Source of the DNA: an uncultured Clostridium sp.
Lineage (GTDB): Bacteria; Bacillota; Clostridia; TANB77; CAG-508
Reading direction: 5' to 3'
Assembly (NCBI GenBank): GCA_948469315.1
Contig: CAOKLQ010000002.1
Coordinates: 1,694-65,693, forward strand
DNA: 64,000 bases
The notes under the pieces are model-generated. The model ran no database searches and was not told the DNA's origin. It worked only from the letters and a program-made list of their open reading frames with translations. Below, in pieces: positions 20,114-30,175 of this stretch. The translations under genes were made by a program, and so were the position numbers. The first letter of the stretch is position 1, and each line of letters starts with the position of its first letter.

Positions 20114-21020
20114 ATTATTTACTAATCAAGCTCAAAGAGATTATGAAAAAGCAGAGAAAGTAGAAGAAATTGATATAAGTAAAATTGCAGATTTTCCAGA
20201 ACATCCTTTTAAAGTACGAAATGATGAAAAAATGCAAGAAATGGTAAAGAGTATAAAAGAATATGGGGTAATATTACCTGTTATTGTAAGACCAAAAGAA
20301 GATGGAACTTATGAAATGATTTCTGGACATAGAAGAAAAAAGGCTTGTGAACTTGCAGGGGTAAAACAAATAAGAAGTATAGTTAAAGACTTAACAGATG
20401 ATGAAGCAACTATTCTTATGGTAGATAGTAATATTCAAAGAGAAGAAATATTACCAAGTGAAAAGGCTTTTGCATATAGACTTAAATTGGAAGCAATGAA
20501 ACATCAAGGTAAGAGAGTTGATTTAGAAGAAAATGAAACTTCCAATCCAATGGAAGGGAAGTTTGAAACTGCTGAAATTATAGGAAAGGAAAATAATGAA
20601 AGTGCTGCAACAATAAGAAGATATATTCGACTTACTTATCTAATACCAGAATTATTGGAAGAAGTAGATAATAAACGAATAGCTTTTAGACCAGCTGTCG
20701 AACTATCTTATTTAGAGGAAGATTATCAATATGTAGTTTTAAATAAATTACAATATGATGAAGTTTCTCCTAGTTTAAGTCAAGCTATTACATTAAAGAA
20801 AATGCAGCAAGAGGGAACTATATCTGAAGAAAAAATAGAAAACTTATTAGATAAAGAAAAACCAAATCAAAAAGAGTTTATAAAAATACACAATGAAAGA
20901 ATAGAAAAGTACATACCAACTAAAATAAAAGAGTCTGGTAAAGTAGAAGATTTTATTATTCAATGTGTGGAAGAACACAATAAAAGAGAAAAGTTAAGAC
21001 AAGAGCGAAATGCTAGATAA
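20070..21020 (+). CDS. parB: ParB/Spo0J family partition protein (element-borne)
   Basis: HPFKV, GVILPVIVRP, ISGHRR, DSNIQRE..LPSEKA. Confidence 0.92.
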   Translation: MKKQEQEMKLPKLDELFTNQAQRDYEKAEKVEEIDISKIADFPEHPFKVRNDEKMQEMVKSIKEYGVILPVIVRPKEDGTYEMISGHRRKKACELAGVKQIRSIVKDLTDDEATILMVDSNIQREEILPSEKAFAYRLKLEAMKHQGKRVDLEENETSNPMEGKFETAEIIGKENNESAATIRRYIRLTYLIPELLEEVDNKRIAFRPAVELSYLEEDYQYVVLNKLQYDEVSPSLSQAITLKKMQQEGTISEEKIENLLDKEKPNQKEFIKIHNERIEKYIPTKIKESGKVEDFIIQCVEEHNKREKLRQERNAR

Positions 21021-21228
21021 TGTGTGTGAACAAGTAACAATAAATATAACTATTTGTTTGTGTGAACACTTTACAAAGTTTTCCCTTACAATCCCTTTTA
21101 AATACATACTATATTACAAACTAAAAGAGTAATATTATATTTAATAAATTAAAAATTAAATAAATAATTTACACATTTGCGACTTTATTTGAAAGCAGTA
21201 TAATTAAGGCATAAGGAGATGATTAGTT

Positions 21229-21897
21229 ATGAAAAATAAAAAGATAATAAGTTTAGTAATTGTAGCTCTAATAGGTGCAGTAGTTATAACAGCTTTAATA
21301 ATAAATAAAACGAAGGCAAAAGAAGATAATATAGTACGTATTAATGAGGATGTAAATGAAATACAAAATACAAATGAGATTAAAGATACAACGGAAAATA
21401 TTTCAGATATAGCTAATAGCATGGATGAAAATGTTATTGTAGAAACTAACCAAGATGAAGTATTACAAAATGAAACAAAAACAAAAGAGCAAGAAATAGA
21501 AAAAGTAACACCTAGTGCAGAAAAGAAGAGTGTTGAAAAATCTAGCAACAAAGAAACTACAAAAACACAGTCAAAACAAAATGCACAAGTAGAAAAACAG
21601 CAAGAGACAAAGACAAATGATAGTATAACAGTAAGTAAATCAGAAGAACCTAAAAATACAAATGAAAATGTCAATAAAAATACCAACAATGCTTCAAAAT
21701 GTAATCATTCAAATGGCAAATGGTATAATTCAAAGGCAGAAGCGGAAGCAATATATAATGCAGAATTAAAGAAATGGGGCGATAAATGGACTAATTATGA
21801 AATAGATACAGACACTTATAATAAAAATTGTCCAAATGGGTATGAAGTATTTAGTTGTCCATATTGCAATAAATGGACTATAAATTTATATTATTAA
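21229..21897 (+). CDS. Membrane-anchored hypothetical protein with low-complexity stalk and C-terminal Cys motifs
   Basis: TM helix, K/E/T/N-rich linker, CNH...CPNGYE..SCPYC. Confidence 0.7.
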   Translation: MKNKKIISLVIVALIGAVVITALIINKTKAKEDNIVRINEDVNEIQNTNEIKDTTENISDIANSMDENVIVETNQDEVLQNETKTKEQEIEKVTPSAEKKSVEKSSNKETTKTQSKQNAQVEKQQETKTNDSITVSKSEEPKNTNENVNKNTNNASKCNHSNGKWYNSKAEAEAIYNAELKKWGDKWTNYEIDTDTYNKNCPNGYEVFSCPYCNKWTINLYY

Positions 21898-21963
21898 AAA
21901 TAAAAATATATAGATTGAACAGGCAAAGAGCTTGTTCTTTTTTTATTAAAGGAGGATATTTAA

Positions 21964-23271
21964 ATGTTAAAAACAAAGAAAATAAATAAAATTTTATCAA
22001 TAATACTTTTAGTATTAACTATATTTAGTATTGCACAACCTATATTTGCAGCATCTGGTACAGGAGAATGGGTAGGTGGACAATATGGTTCAAAAATATT
22101 TACAACAGATAGTGATAATAGTGGAAATGGAATATTAATTAGAAGATTAATAAATAATAAAACAGGAGAAAAACTAACAGTTTTTTGTGCAGAACATGGA
22201 GTACCTTTTGAAACGGGAACAGTTTATAACGGAGAATATTATACACCAACAGACAGTAGAGTAAAACAAGCTTGTAAGATAGCATATTTTGGATGGTATG
22301 CTCAAAATGGTGGCTATGTAGTAGATGGTGGAATCTTAGATGATTCTTGGGCTTATGAAGTTAGATTAAGCTATGTTTTCACACAACAATATATATGGGA
22401 AACATTAGGTCAAAGTAATGCAACTTTTATAGATGCAAACATTCAAAATAGATATGTAGCTTTTAAAAATGATATAAATAATAAAATAAGTAATATGCAA
22501 AGAAAACCAAGTTTTTGCAATGGAACAGTAACAGTAGAAGCTGGAGAAACAACTATATTAACTGATACAAATGGAGTATTAGCAGATTATACAAGTATAG
22601 ATAAAACAACAGAGGGAATAAGAATAGTTCATAATAAAGGCGAAAATACTATGAGCATTACAGTTAATGATGATTGCACAAGAGAAAATTACAGAATATC
22701 AGATGAAATGATGAAAAATTGGGGAGTTATTAAGGAAGAATCAAGAGATAATGATACAACAATTTATTTCTCATTTAGAGATGGAATACAAAATCAACTT
22801 TGTGCAATGCACTATAATGATCCAGTAACTATGAATTTGGAATTAAAAATAAATCTTTTAGGAAATTTAGAATTAACTAAACTAAATACCAATGGGGATT
22901 TAGTTGATGGTGCTATATTTAATGTTACAGGACCAAATGGATTTAATCAAGATGTAGCAGTAACAAATGGAAAAATAACATTAGAAAAAATAAAAAAAGG
23001 AACTTATGTAGTAAAAGAAAAGTCAGTTCCAGAAGGATATTTATTAAATACAGAAACTTATAGAGCAGAAGTAAAACCTAATGAAACAACAACACAAGTA
23101 GTAGTAAATGATGAACCAATAGGAGAAATTACAATTACAAAAATAGATATAGAAACAGGAAATCAAAATAGAATTGATGGAAAAAGTCATCATGGAGATG
23201 CAAGTATAAAAGGAACAGAACATACTTTATATGCAAGTTCTGATATTTACAATAAAATTTGTTGTCTATAA
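21964..23271 (+). pseudogene. 3'-truncated SpaA-repeat / thioester-type surface adhesin
   Basis: Signal peptide, VFCAEHG...TQQYIW, SpaA-like repeats (GAIFNV, GTYVVKEKSVPEGY); breaks at TTTGTTG 23258 with no wall anchor. Confidence 0.75.
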
Positions 23272-23413
23272 AATCAAGCAAAATACTGAAATATAAGGAT
23301 TTAGGAAATTTTGATAAAATAATCTAAAGTTATATAAAATTTTTTTAAAATTATGAGGTTACAATAATGAAAAAAAATCCAACCAGGAATGAACTAAAAT
23401 AATGAAGCTCCAG

Positions 23414-23581
23414 AATCGATTTTAAGGCTATTTTATTAAAAAGTAGTATAGTTTGTTATTGGATAAACAAGCTAAAATAGGCTTTATTAAAGGAATAGCA
23501 AGATTTCAGAAATAGGACTATATTCATATGGTTCTATTTTTGATCCTATCTCTATTTGCACAAAACTTTGATTTTGTGCAA
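23414..23581 (+). repeat. Dispersed repeat copy 5, ending in palindrome TTGCACAAAA-CTTTGA-TTTTGTGCAA (23556-23581)
   Basis: All repeat modules present; perfect 10-bp inverted arms with 6-bp spacer. Confidence 0.8.
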
Positions 23582-23617
23582 TGTAATATTTCTGATTTTA
23601 TACTATATTATATAATC

Positions 23618-23651
23618 AAACAAAGGCGCAAATTTAATTACGCCTTTGTTT
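23618..23651 (-). terminator. Terminator after AAA+ protease gene
   Basis: AAACAAAGGCG...CGCCTTTGTTT. Confidence 0.7.
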
Positions 23652-23692
23652 AGAAGTTTTAGTATTCTTTTACAAAAGAATACTTTATTTCA

Positions 23693-25624
23693 TTATGAAA
23701 TAAAATTTTTAGACTTATAGTCTTTTACAATTTCAGTAAGTTCTTCTTTGCTTAAAATATGGCTATAAAAAAGTCTTTTTGATATGTGTTCTAATAATTC
23801 TTGATGTTCTCCAATTATTTTTTCTGCTGATTTATAGCAATTAGCAATTAATGTATCAATTTCTTTTTCATAAGCTATTTTACTTTGTTCACTTAACGAA
23901 GAAGCGATTGATTCATTTTCTCCAAAAAGAATGTGATTAGAAGAGATATTTTTAGATAAACCATATTTTGAAATATAGTCTTTAGCAATTTGTGTTGCTT
24001 TTTCTAAATCGCTATTTGCTCCAACACTGAATTCATCAGTAAGAAGTTTTTCTCCTATTCTTCCTCCTAAATAAATAGAAATCTTTTCTTTAAGGTAAGA
24101 TTCTGTATGAATTACTTGTTTGTGCTTAATGGTGTTCGTAGCATTAACTCCCAAATAATCATCTGCAGGGACAATAGAAATTGCTAATGTTTCTATATCT
24201 TGGACATTGTCACAAAATACTGAAACAACAAAATGTCCTGATTCATGATAGCAAATAGCTTCAATATCTTTTTTTGACATTTTTTCAAGTGCTTTAAAAT
24301 TCATATTAAAAGTAGCAAGGATATCATTTGTAGAGACATTTTTTACATTACGTCTTTTAGCTTTTGCCATTGCAACATCAATTACATCAAGAGTTCTATC
24401 TGGATTTGCAGTTTCATAATCAAAACATGTAGCATATAAAATGCATTCATCTATAATTTTCTTTGAGATTTTTACTCCATGAAACTCTTGCAATGTTGCA
24501 ATTTTATTTTTTATCATTGGATATACTTCATCAATTTCTGGTTCTTCTACAATAATTTTCTTAAAACGCCGCTTTAATGCACCATCTTTAGAAAAATATT
24601 TTTCATATTCATCAGATGTTGTACCTCCAATAACTTTGCTTTTACCACGTGCTAAAATTGGTTTTAAAGCATTTGCTAAGTCCATCTCTCCTTCTTTGCA
24701 TGCACCAGCACCAAGAACAGTATGAATTTCATCAATAAAGAGAATAATATTTTGATTTTCTTCAATATACTTAATTAATTCATCAAAATTTTGCTCTGCT
24801 TCTCCCCTATACTGTGTTCCTGCAATTATTGAGTTAACACTTAAACTTATTACATGAAAGTCTTTAAATTCTTTTGGACAAGAATTTGAAACAATTTCAA
24901 AAGCAATCTTCTCAACAATTGCAGTTTTACCAACACCTGGATCGCCAACAAGAATAGCATTTGCCTTTTCCTTTTTTAGCAAAATATCCCAAAGTTTATT
25001 TGTCTCATCATTTCTACCAAGTATTTGACATGGTTTTTTTATATCAACTTCAAGATTTATGTCTGACAAAAATCCACGTAACTCCTTTGGAATAATTTGT
25101 TTAGATATAATGTTTTGAACTGTTAGTTGTTGTTTAAAATCTTTAATAGGTACATCACATTGTCTTAAGACTTTAGAACATTCTGTTGGAAGTTTCTGTA
25201 TGAAAGCAATTGATAGGAGATCTAAGGTTACCTCTTCAATTTCTTCATAAGTTTGAACAAGTTCAAGTGCATAAACAATTATATCAAAAACAGATTCATG
25301 CATTTTAATAATCGTAGAATCATTATCATTCTCAATACAAATAACTTCTACAGTTTTGATTTTTACAGTATTTTTGTTTTTTACATTTTTATTTTCTCCT
25401 TTTTCATTGGTAATTATAAAATCTTCTATATAATATTCAATTTCACTATTAAAAACTCCGTAGTCTAGTAAAACATCTGAAATTGTACCGTTTTCACTAT
25501 ACAGAAAACCTTTAAGCATACATAATGGAGAAACTTTTTTTGTTTCATACTCATCCTTGCTTATTTGTACTAAATACCGAAGAAATTTATAAACCTCCTC
25601 TGATACATAAACTTTTTCATTCAT
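23693..25624 (-). CDS. ClpA/ClpB-type AAA+ module fused to an FtsH-type M41 metallopeptidase
   Basis: GDPGVGKT, LFIDEIH.VLGAG, ANALKP.LARG, D.AL.RRF, PD..LD; then YHESGH, LGGR.GE, GANSDLEKAT. Confidence 0.85.
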   Translation of the reverse strand: MNEKVYVSEEVYKFLRYLVQISKDEYETKKVSPLCMLKGFLYSENGTISDVLLDYGVFNSEIEYYIEDFIITNEKGENKNVKNKNTVKIKTVEVICIENDNDSTIIKMHESVFDIIVYALELVQTYEEIEEVTLDLLSIAFIQKLPTECSKVLRQCDVPIKDFKQQLTVQNIISKQIIPKELRGFLSDINLEVDIKKPCQILGRNDETNKLWDILLKKEKANAILVGDPGVGKTAIVEKIAFEIVSNSCPKEFKDFHVISLSVNSIIAGTQYRGEAEQNFDELIKYIEENQNIILFIDEIHTVLGAGACKEGEMDLANALKPILARGKSKVIGGTTSDEYEKYFSKDGALKRRFKKIIVEEPEIDEVYPMIKNKIATLQEFHGVKISKKIIDECILYATCFDYETANPDRTLDVIDVAMAKAKRRNVKNVSTNDILATFNMNFKALEKMSKKDIEAICYHESGHFVVSVFCDNVQDIETLAISIVPADDYLGVNATNTIKHKQVIHTESYLKEKISIYLGGRIGEKLLTDEFSVGANSDLEKATQIAKDYISKYGLSKNISSNHILFGENESIASSLSEQSKIAYEKEIDTLIANCYKSAEKIIGEHQELLEHISKRLFYSHILSKEELTEIVKDYKSKNFIS

Positions 25625-25744
25625 AATGATACCTCCTTTATATTATATTTTAATAAATTGTATCGCAGTTATTTTATCATCTTTTTATAATTATGTCAAC
25701 GCAAAAAAGAGAGGTTTTCCCCCCTCTTTAAAGTAAATTAAATT

Positions 25745-27058
25745 TTATTTATACCTTTGCAAAAAATTATCCATTTTTTCAAGAAATTCTTCGTTGTTTT
25801 TAGTTTCTATCATTTGACTTATTAATTGTTCTGTTACATCTGCAACTGGCATACTATTTAGTGCCTTTCTTAGAGCATATACTGTTTCTTTTTCTTTCGG
25901 CGTTAATAATAAATCCTCTCTTCTTGTTCCAGATTTGTTTATATCTATTGCTGGGAAAATACGTTTTTCTGATAGTTTTCTATCTAAGTGAACTTCCATA
26001 TTACCTGTTCCTTTAAATTCTTCAAATATAACATCATCCATTCTACTTCCTGTTTCTATTAAGGCTGAAGCAAGTATTGTTAAACTTCCTCCATGTTCTA
26101 TATTTCTTGCAGCACCAAAGAATTTTTTTGGTTTATGTAATGCAGCAGGATCTAAACCTCCCGATAAAGTTCTTCCTGATGAAGGAATTACTAAATTGTA
26201 TGCTCTTGCAAGTCTTGTAATACTATCTAGCAATATTACAACATCTTTCCCTTGCTCTACTAATCTTTTAGATCTCTCTAGAACCATTTCTGCAACTTTT
26301 ACATGATGCTCTGGTAATTCATCAAATGTTGAATATATAACATCTCCTTTAATTGAACGACGCATATCTGTTACTTCTTCTGGTCTTTCATCTATAAGTA
26401 AAACTATTAATTCTACTTCAGGATTATTTTGTGTAATACTATTTGCAACTTTTTTTATAAGTGTTGTTTTTCCTACTTTTGGTGGAGCTACTATCATACC
26501 CCTCTGACCTTTTCCTATTGGGCTTATTAAATCTATAATCCTCATAGCATATTCTTTAGGATTAGTTTCTAGGTGCATTCTTTGATTAGGATATATTGGT
26601 GTTAAGTCATCAAACTTTTTCCTTCTATAAGCAAGTTCAGGTGCTTCTCCATTTACTTCTCCAACAAATATTAAAGATGGGAATTTCTCTCCTTCTTTTG
26701 CCATTCTTGAAATACCTTTTATTTTATCTCCAGTATCTAATCTAAATCTTCTAATTTGTACTGGTGATATATAAATATCATTTGGTGTAGATAAATAGTT
26801 TTCTCCTCTTAAAAATCCATATCCATCTGGTAAAACTTCTAAAATTCCTTCTGCCATTTTATCATCTTCATTTGTTATTTTATATGAAGTATTATTATTT
26901 TCTTCTTCCACTTTTTCATCTTCTTTTTTTGCTTCATATATTTTTTTATCATTTAATAAATCTATTAGTTCTTCTTTTTTATATTTACTAATATTTTTTA
27001 TTCCTTTATTTTTTGCAAGTTCTTTTAACTCACTTAATGTAAGATTTTCTATTTCCAT
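25745..27058 (-). CDS. rho: Transcription termination factor Rho
   Basis: [45 protein letters not shown]. Confidence 0.98.
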   Translation of the reverse strand: MEIENLTLSELKELAKNKGIKNISKYKKEELIDLLNDKKIYEAKKEDEKVEEENNNTSYKITNEDDKMAEGILEVLPDGYGFLRGENYLSTPNDIYISPVQIRRFRLDTGDKIKGISRMAKEGEKFPSLIFVGEVNGEAPELAYRRKKFDDLTPIYPNQRMHLETNPKEYAMRIIDLISPIGKGQRGMIVAPPKVGKTTLIKKVANSITQNNPEVELIVLLIDERPEEVTDMRRSIKGDVIYSTFDELPEHHVKVAEMVLERSKRLVEQGKDVVILLDSITRLARAYNLVIPSSGRTLSGGLDPAALHKPKKFFGAARNIEHGGSLTILASALIETGSRMDDVIFEEFKGTGNMEVHLDRKLSEKRIFPAIDINKSGTRREDLLLTPKEKETVYALRKALNSMPVADVTEQLISQMIETKNNEEFLEKMDNFLQRYK

Positions 27059-27272
27059 ATATATTCCTCCTATAATATATTTTAATTTATTCTTTATTAA
27101 TTAATTATTTATTGGGTATTTCATAAAGACTTTAATAATATAATTTGAATTAAAAATTGAATTTTAACTTTTTTATAATTTTACATTTTATACTTATACT
27201 AGTAAGTTATTAGAAGACAAATTTTTATATAATAAATAATTTGAACCCCTAAAAAGAATTTTTAGGGATATT

Positions 27273-27566
27273 CTAATTTCCAACATCTATGTAAACTCTT
27301 TCATTTGGTAGATACATATTTAGCTTTTGTCTAGCTATTTGCTCTATATACTCTTTTGAATTTACACTTTCTTTTGTTGCAAGTAAAGTATCTTTATATT
27401 CTTGTTGTTCATTTATTTGACTTGTTATATATTCTTTTTCTTTGCTATATGAAGTTAATGTTATTTGTTGTTTTATAAAAATATAACTTACATAAATAAT
27501 AAATAAACATATTAATAACCATTTTAAAATTTTGCTTTTGTTATTTTTTTTCATCTGTACACTCAT
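27273..27566 (-). CDS. divIC: Septum formation initiator (DivIC/FtsB family)
   Basis: TM plus coiled coil, YIEQIARQKL.M..P.E; follows yabQ. Confidence 0.85.
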   Translation of the reverse strand: MSVQMKKNNKSKILKWLLICLFIIYVSYIFIKQQITLTSYSKEKEYITSQINEQQEYKDTLLATKESVNSKEYIEQIARQKLNMYLPNERVYIDVGN

Positions 27567-27644
27567 CTTTCCTTTATATAGAAATTATTGCTCTTAAACG
27601 ACAACTTTTTATTTATATAATACTATATATTATATTTTTCTACA

Positions 27645-28151
27645 TTATACTTTAAAATCCTCTTTGTTTGCAACCTTTTTCTTAAATTTATTTTTATTTT
27701 TTACAATTTTTTTCATTTTCTTGTTAGAATTTTGACATATTTTGTAAAAAAAGCTTGTAATAGGTCTAGTTATTAGTTTATTAATTACTTTAAGTATAAA
27801 TCTTATTGGATAAATAAATATTTTCTCTATTATTCTTGAAATAAAAGTGATTATTTTAACATTTATTGTTATAAAATATTTGCTTATAGTTAGCAGATAA
27901 AATATAATTCCAAGTAATAAGCCAACAAAAATAAATATTCTTATTTCTCCACTATTAAATTTATATATACTAAATATGATTAAAAAACCTGCTATAGTCC
28001 AAAAAAGCATATCTTGCATATATGTTATAAAATCACTTGTTTTGAAACTCTTTCTTAAGACTCTAAATATGTCGAATAATATCCCTATTAATAATCCATT
28101 TATAATAAAAATTAGAAATATATAAGCTTGATTAAAAGAATAATTTTGCAT
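27645..28151 (-). CDS. yabQ: Spore cortex biosynthesis protein YabQ
   Basis: G..IG.LFD.FR..R, QD.LFW, N.GEIR. Confidence 0.9.
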   Translation of the reverse strand: MQNYSFNQAYIFLIFIINGLLIGILFDIFRVLRKSFKTSDFITYMQDMLFWTIAGFLIIFSIYKFNSGEIRIFIFVGLLLGIIFYLLTISKYFITINVKIITFISRIIEKIFIYPIRFILKVINKLITRPITSFFYKICQNSNKKMKKIVKNKNKFKKKVANKEDFKV

Positions 28152-28163
28152 AAAACTCACACC

Positions 28164-28463
28164 TTATTTAAATATTTTGCTCAATATTCCACCTTTATTT
28201 TCTTCATGATCTTCACTATAACCCAAATTATATATACTGCCTTCTACAATAACTTCTGATGTATCTATACTTAACTTATTTATTCGCAAGTTCTCTCCTT
28301 TTACAGTAAGCATCCCTAATTCCGTATCCATAATAACAACTTGATCATCAAAACTGAGTACATCTAAAACACCAGAAACACTTAACTTTTCTCTGTTTTC
28401 TAAAATCAAATTTTGAACAAAACTAGAACCTATACTTTTTCTTTCTTCAAGAGTCATAGCCAA
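28164..28463 (-). CDS. yabP: Sporulation protein YabP
   Basis: LENREKL.VSGV.DV.SFDD...T.LG.L.VKG.NL.I. Confidence 0.93.
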   Translation of the reverse strand: MAMTLEERKSIGSSFVQNLILENREKLSVSGVLDVLSFDDQVVIMDTELGMLTVKGENLRINKLSIDTSEVIVEGSIYNLGYSEDHEENKGGILSKIFK

Positions 28464-28532
28464 CTTCCCCCTATCGTTTATAAAAACTCCTAAAATAAAT
28501 ATATGCGAGAAGACTTGGGTTTAGAACAAAAT

Positions 28533-28568
28533 AAAAGGAAGTTATCGTTACAATGATAACTTCCTTTT
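28533..28568 (-). terminator. Terminator after MBL gene
   Basis: AAAAGGAAGTTATC...GATAACTTCCTTTT. Confidence 0.75.
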
Positions 28569-28595
28569 AAGCATTTTACAAAATACATTAAATTA

Positions 28596-30014
28596 TTATT
28601 CGAATTTTGTCGGTAAAGCTTTTACTAAGCCATAGTGATTAATTCTTAAAAAATATGATCTTCCGAGTACTGATACATTTTTAACATTTACTTCTTTTAG
28701 AATTCTTTTAGCAAATATTTCTTTTGTAGAATGCTCACCATGAGTTACTAAAACAAATTTCAAATTACTAAACTGTTTTAAAAATTCAATCATTTCATCA
28801 GCTTTTGCATGTGCAGAAAATTCTGTTGTATATGCTACATTAGAACCTTTCTTTGCAAGAACTCCACCCACATCTACAATTTCTCCGATTAAAGCATCCT
28901 TTAATTTTCTTCCTAAAGTTCCTTCTGCAGTGTAACCTGTAAAATGTATCAAAGAGTCCTTTCTTGTAATATATTCTGGAAGATAAGTTTGTGCTGGACC
29001 ATAAGAACCCATTCCAGAAGTTGTTACAATTATTTTTACACTTGTATCTTTTAATACATTACATCGGTTTTCTTTAGTAACATGTATAAGATTTTTTGGA
29101 AGAAAATCTTTTAATTCTTGCTTTATATCCAATCCATCTTTAATAAAAAGTTTAGTATATTTCATAGCTAATTTTCCATCAAAGTAAATTGGAATATTAA
29201 TATCGAGTTTTCCTAAATCTTGCATTTTTTTTAGGGTATATAAAATTTCTTGAGCTCTTCCTAACGAAAATACTAATGAAAGTACAGTTCCATTCTTTTT
29301 TAATAACCATTCTTTGATATTAGATTCAAAACATTCATATGTTTCATTTGAATTCATATCTCCATATGTTGATTCCTGAATAATTGTTAACGGTAATTCT
29401 TTAATCCAGTTTGGAATAGGATCGACATCAAAGAAGATATTTTTATTATTGTAATCGCCAGTAAACAATAGATTAATGTCTTCACATTCATAACAACTAA
29501 TTTGAACAAGTATAGAAGCAGCACCTATCAGATGTCCGTTATTCAAAAATGTTACTTTTATATTATCATTTATTTGAATTGATTGATTATATTTACATGG
29601 TTTAATTAATGATAATGTTTTATCAACATCTGAATCAGTGTATAGACATTTTACATTTTTTCGCTTTGAAACTGTTTTAAGTACTTTGTAGCTATCGCCT
29701 AAAGCATAAGGTAACAGCTTACTGTTAGTTTCTGTAGTATAAATTGGTTTATAAAATCCTTTTTTTACCATATAAGGTAATCTACCCACATGATCAACAT
29801 GAACGTGAGTTATTAAACAAAAGTCAATGTTTTCTGCCTTAAATGGTAACACAGAATTTAATTTTTCATATTCTTTTTCTTGAAATAAACCGCAATCTAC
29901 AACAAACCGTAGTTCTTTTCCATTTGGAAATTTGACTATTACAAGATATAAAGAACCAGTAACTTCATCGTTTAGTGCCATAATATCTGCATAAAACCGA
30001 CCAATCTTAAACAT
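28596..30014 (-). CDS. MBL-fold beta-CASP nuclease
   Basis: VDCG, THVHVDH.G, GHLIG, FTGD, ESTYG, FSLGRAQE, SAHA, THGE. Confidence 0.9.
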   Translation of the reverse strand: MFKIGRFYADIMALNDEVTGSLYLVIVKFPNGKELRFVVDCGLFQEKEYEKLNSVLPFKAENIDFCLITHVHVDHVGRLPYMVKKGFYKPIYTTETNSKLLPYALGDSYKVLKTVSKRKNVKCLYTDSDVDKTLSLIKPCKYNQSIQINDNIKVTFLNNGHLIGAASILVQISCYECEDINLLFTGDYNNKNIFFDVDPIPNWIKELPLTIIQESTYGDMNSNETYECFESNIKEWLLKKNGTVLSLVFSLGRAQEILYTLKKMQDLGKLDINIPIYFDGKLAMKYTKLFIKDGLDIKQELKDFLPKNLIHVTKENRCNVLKDTSVKIIVTTSGMGSYGPAQTYLPEYITRKDSLIHFTGYTAEGTLGRKLKDALIGEIVDVGGVLAKKGSNVAYTTEFSAHAKADEMIEFLKQFSNLKFVLVTHGEHSTKEIFAKRILKEVNVKNVSVLGRSYFLRINHYGLVKALPTKFE

Positions 30015-30137
30015 AATAATCCCTCCATAAAATTAATTATTTTTTAATTAATGTTTAATGTTACAAAAATTTTTATATATCATATTCTATCATCTTATGT
30101 TAATCGTGTCAATAAAAAATAATCTAATTATATGTAA

Positions 30138-30175
30138 AAGAATTATTCACTCAAAAAAAATGAGTGAATAATTCT
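30138..30175 (-). terminator. Terminator after lysC
   Basis: AAGAATTATTCACTCA...TGAGTGAATAATTCTT. Confidence 0.7.

Noticed and set aside
13951-23581. CRISPR array or integron attC array
   Set aside because: Repeats are long, modular and irregularly spaced by 0.3-5 kb; no cas or intI gene; no attC-like hairpin in each copy
24569-24571. Simple CGG reassignment to Trp or Gln, as in some other Firmicutes
   Set aside because: A reassignment would not change frame, and this CGG sits at a conserved Arg position
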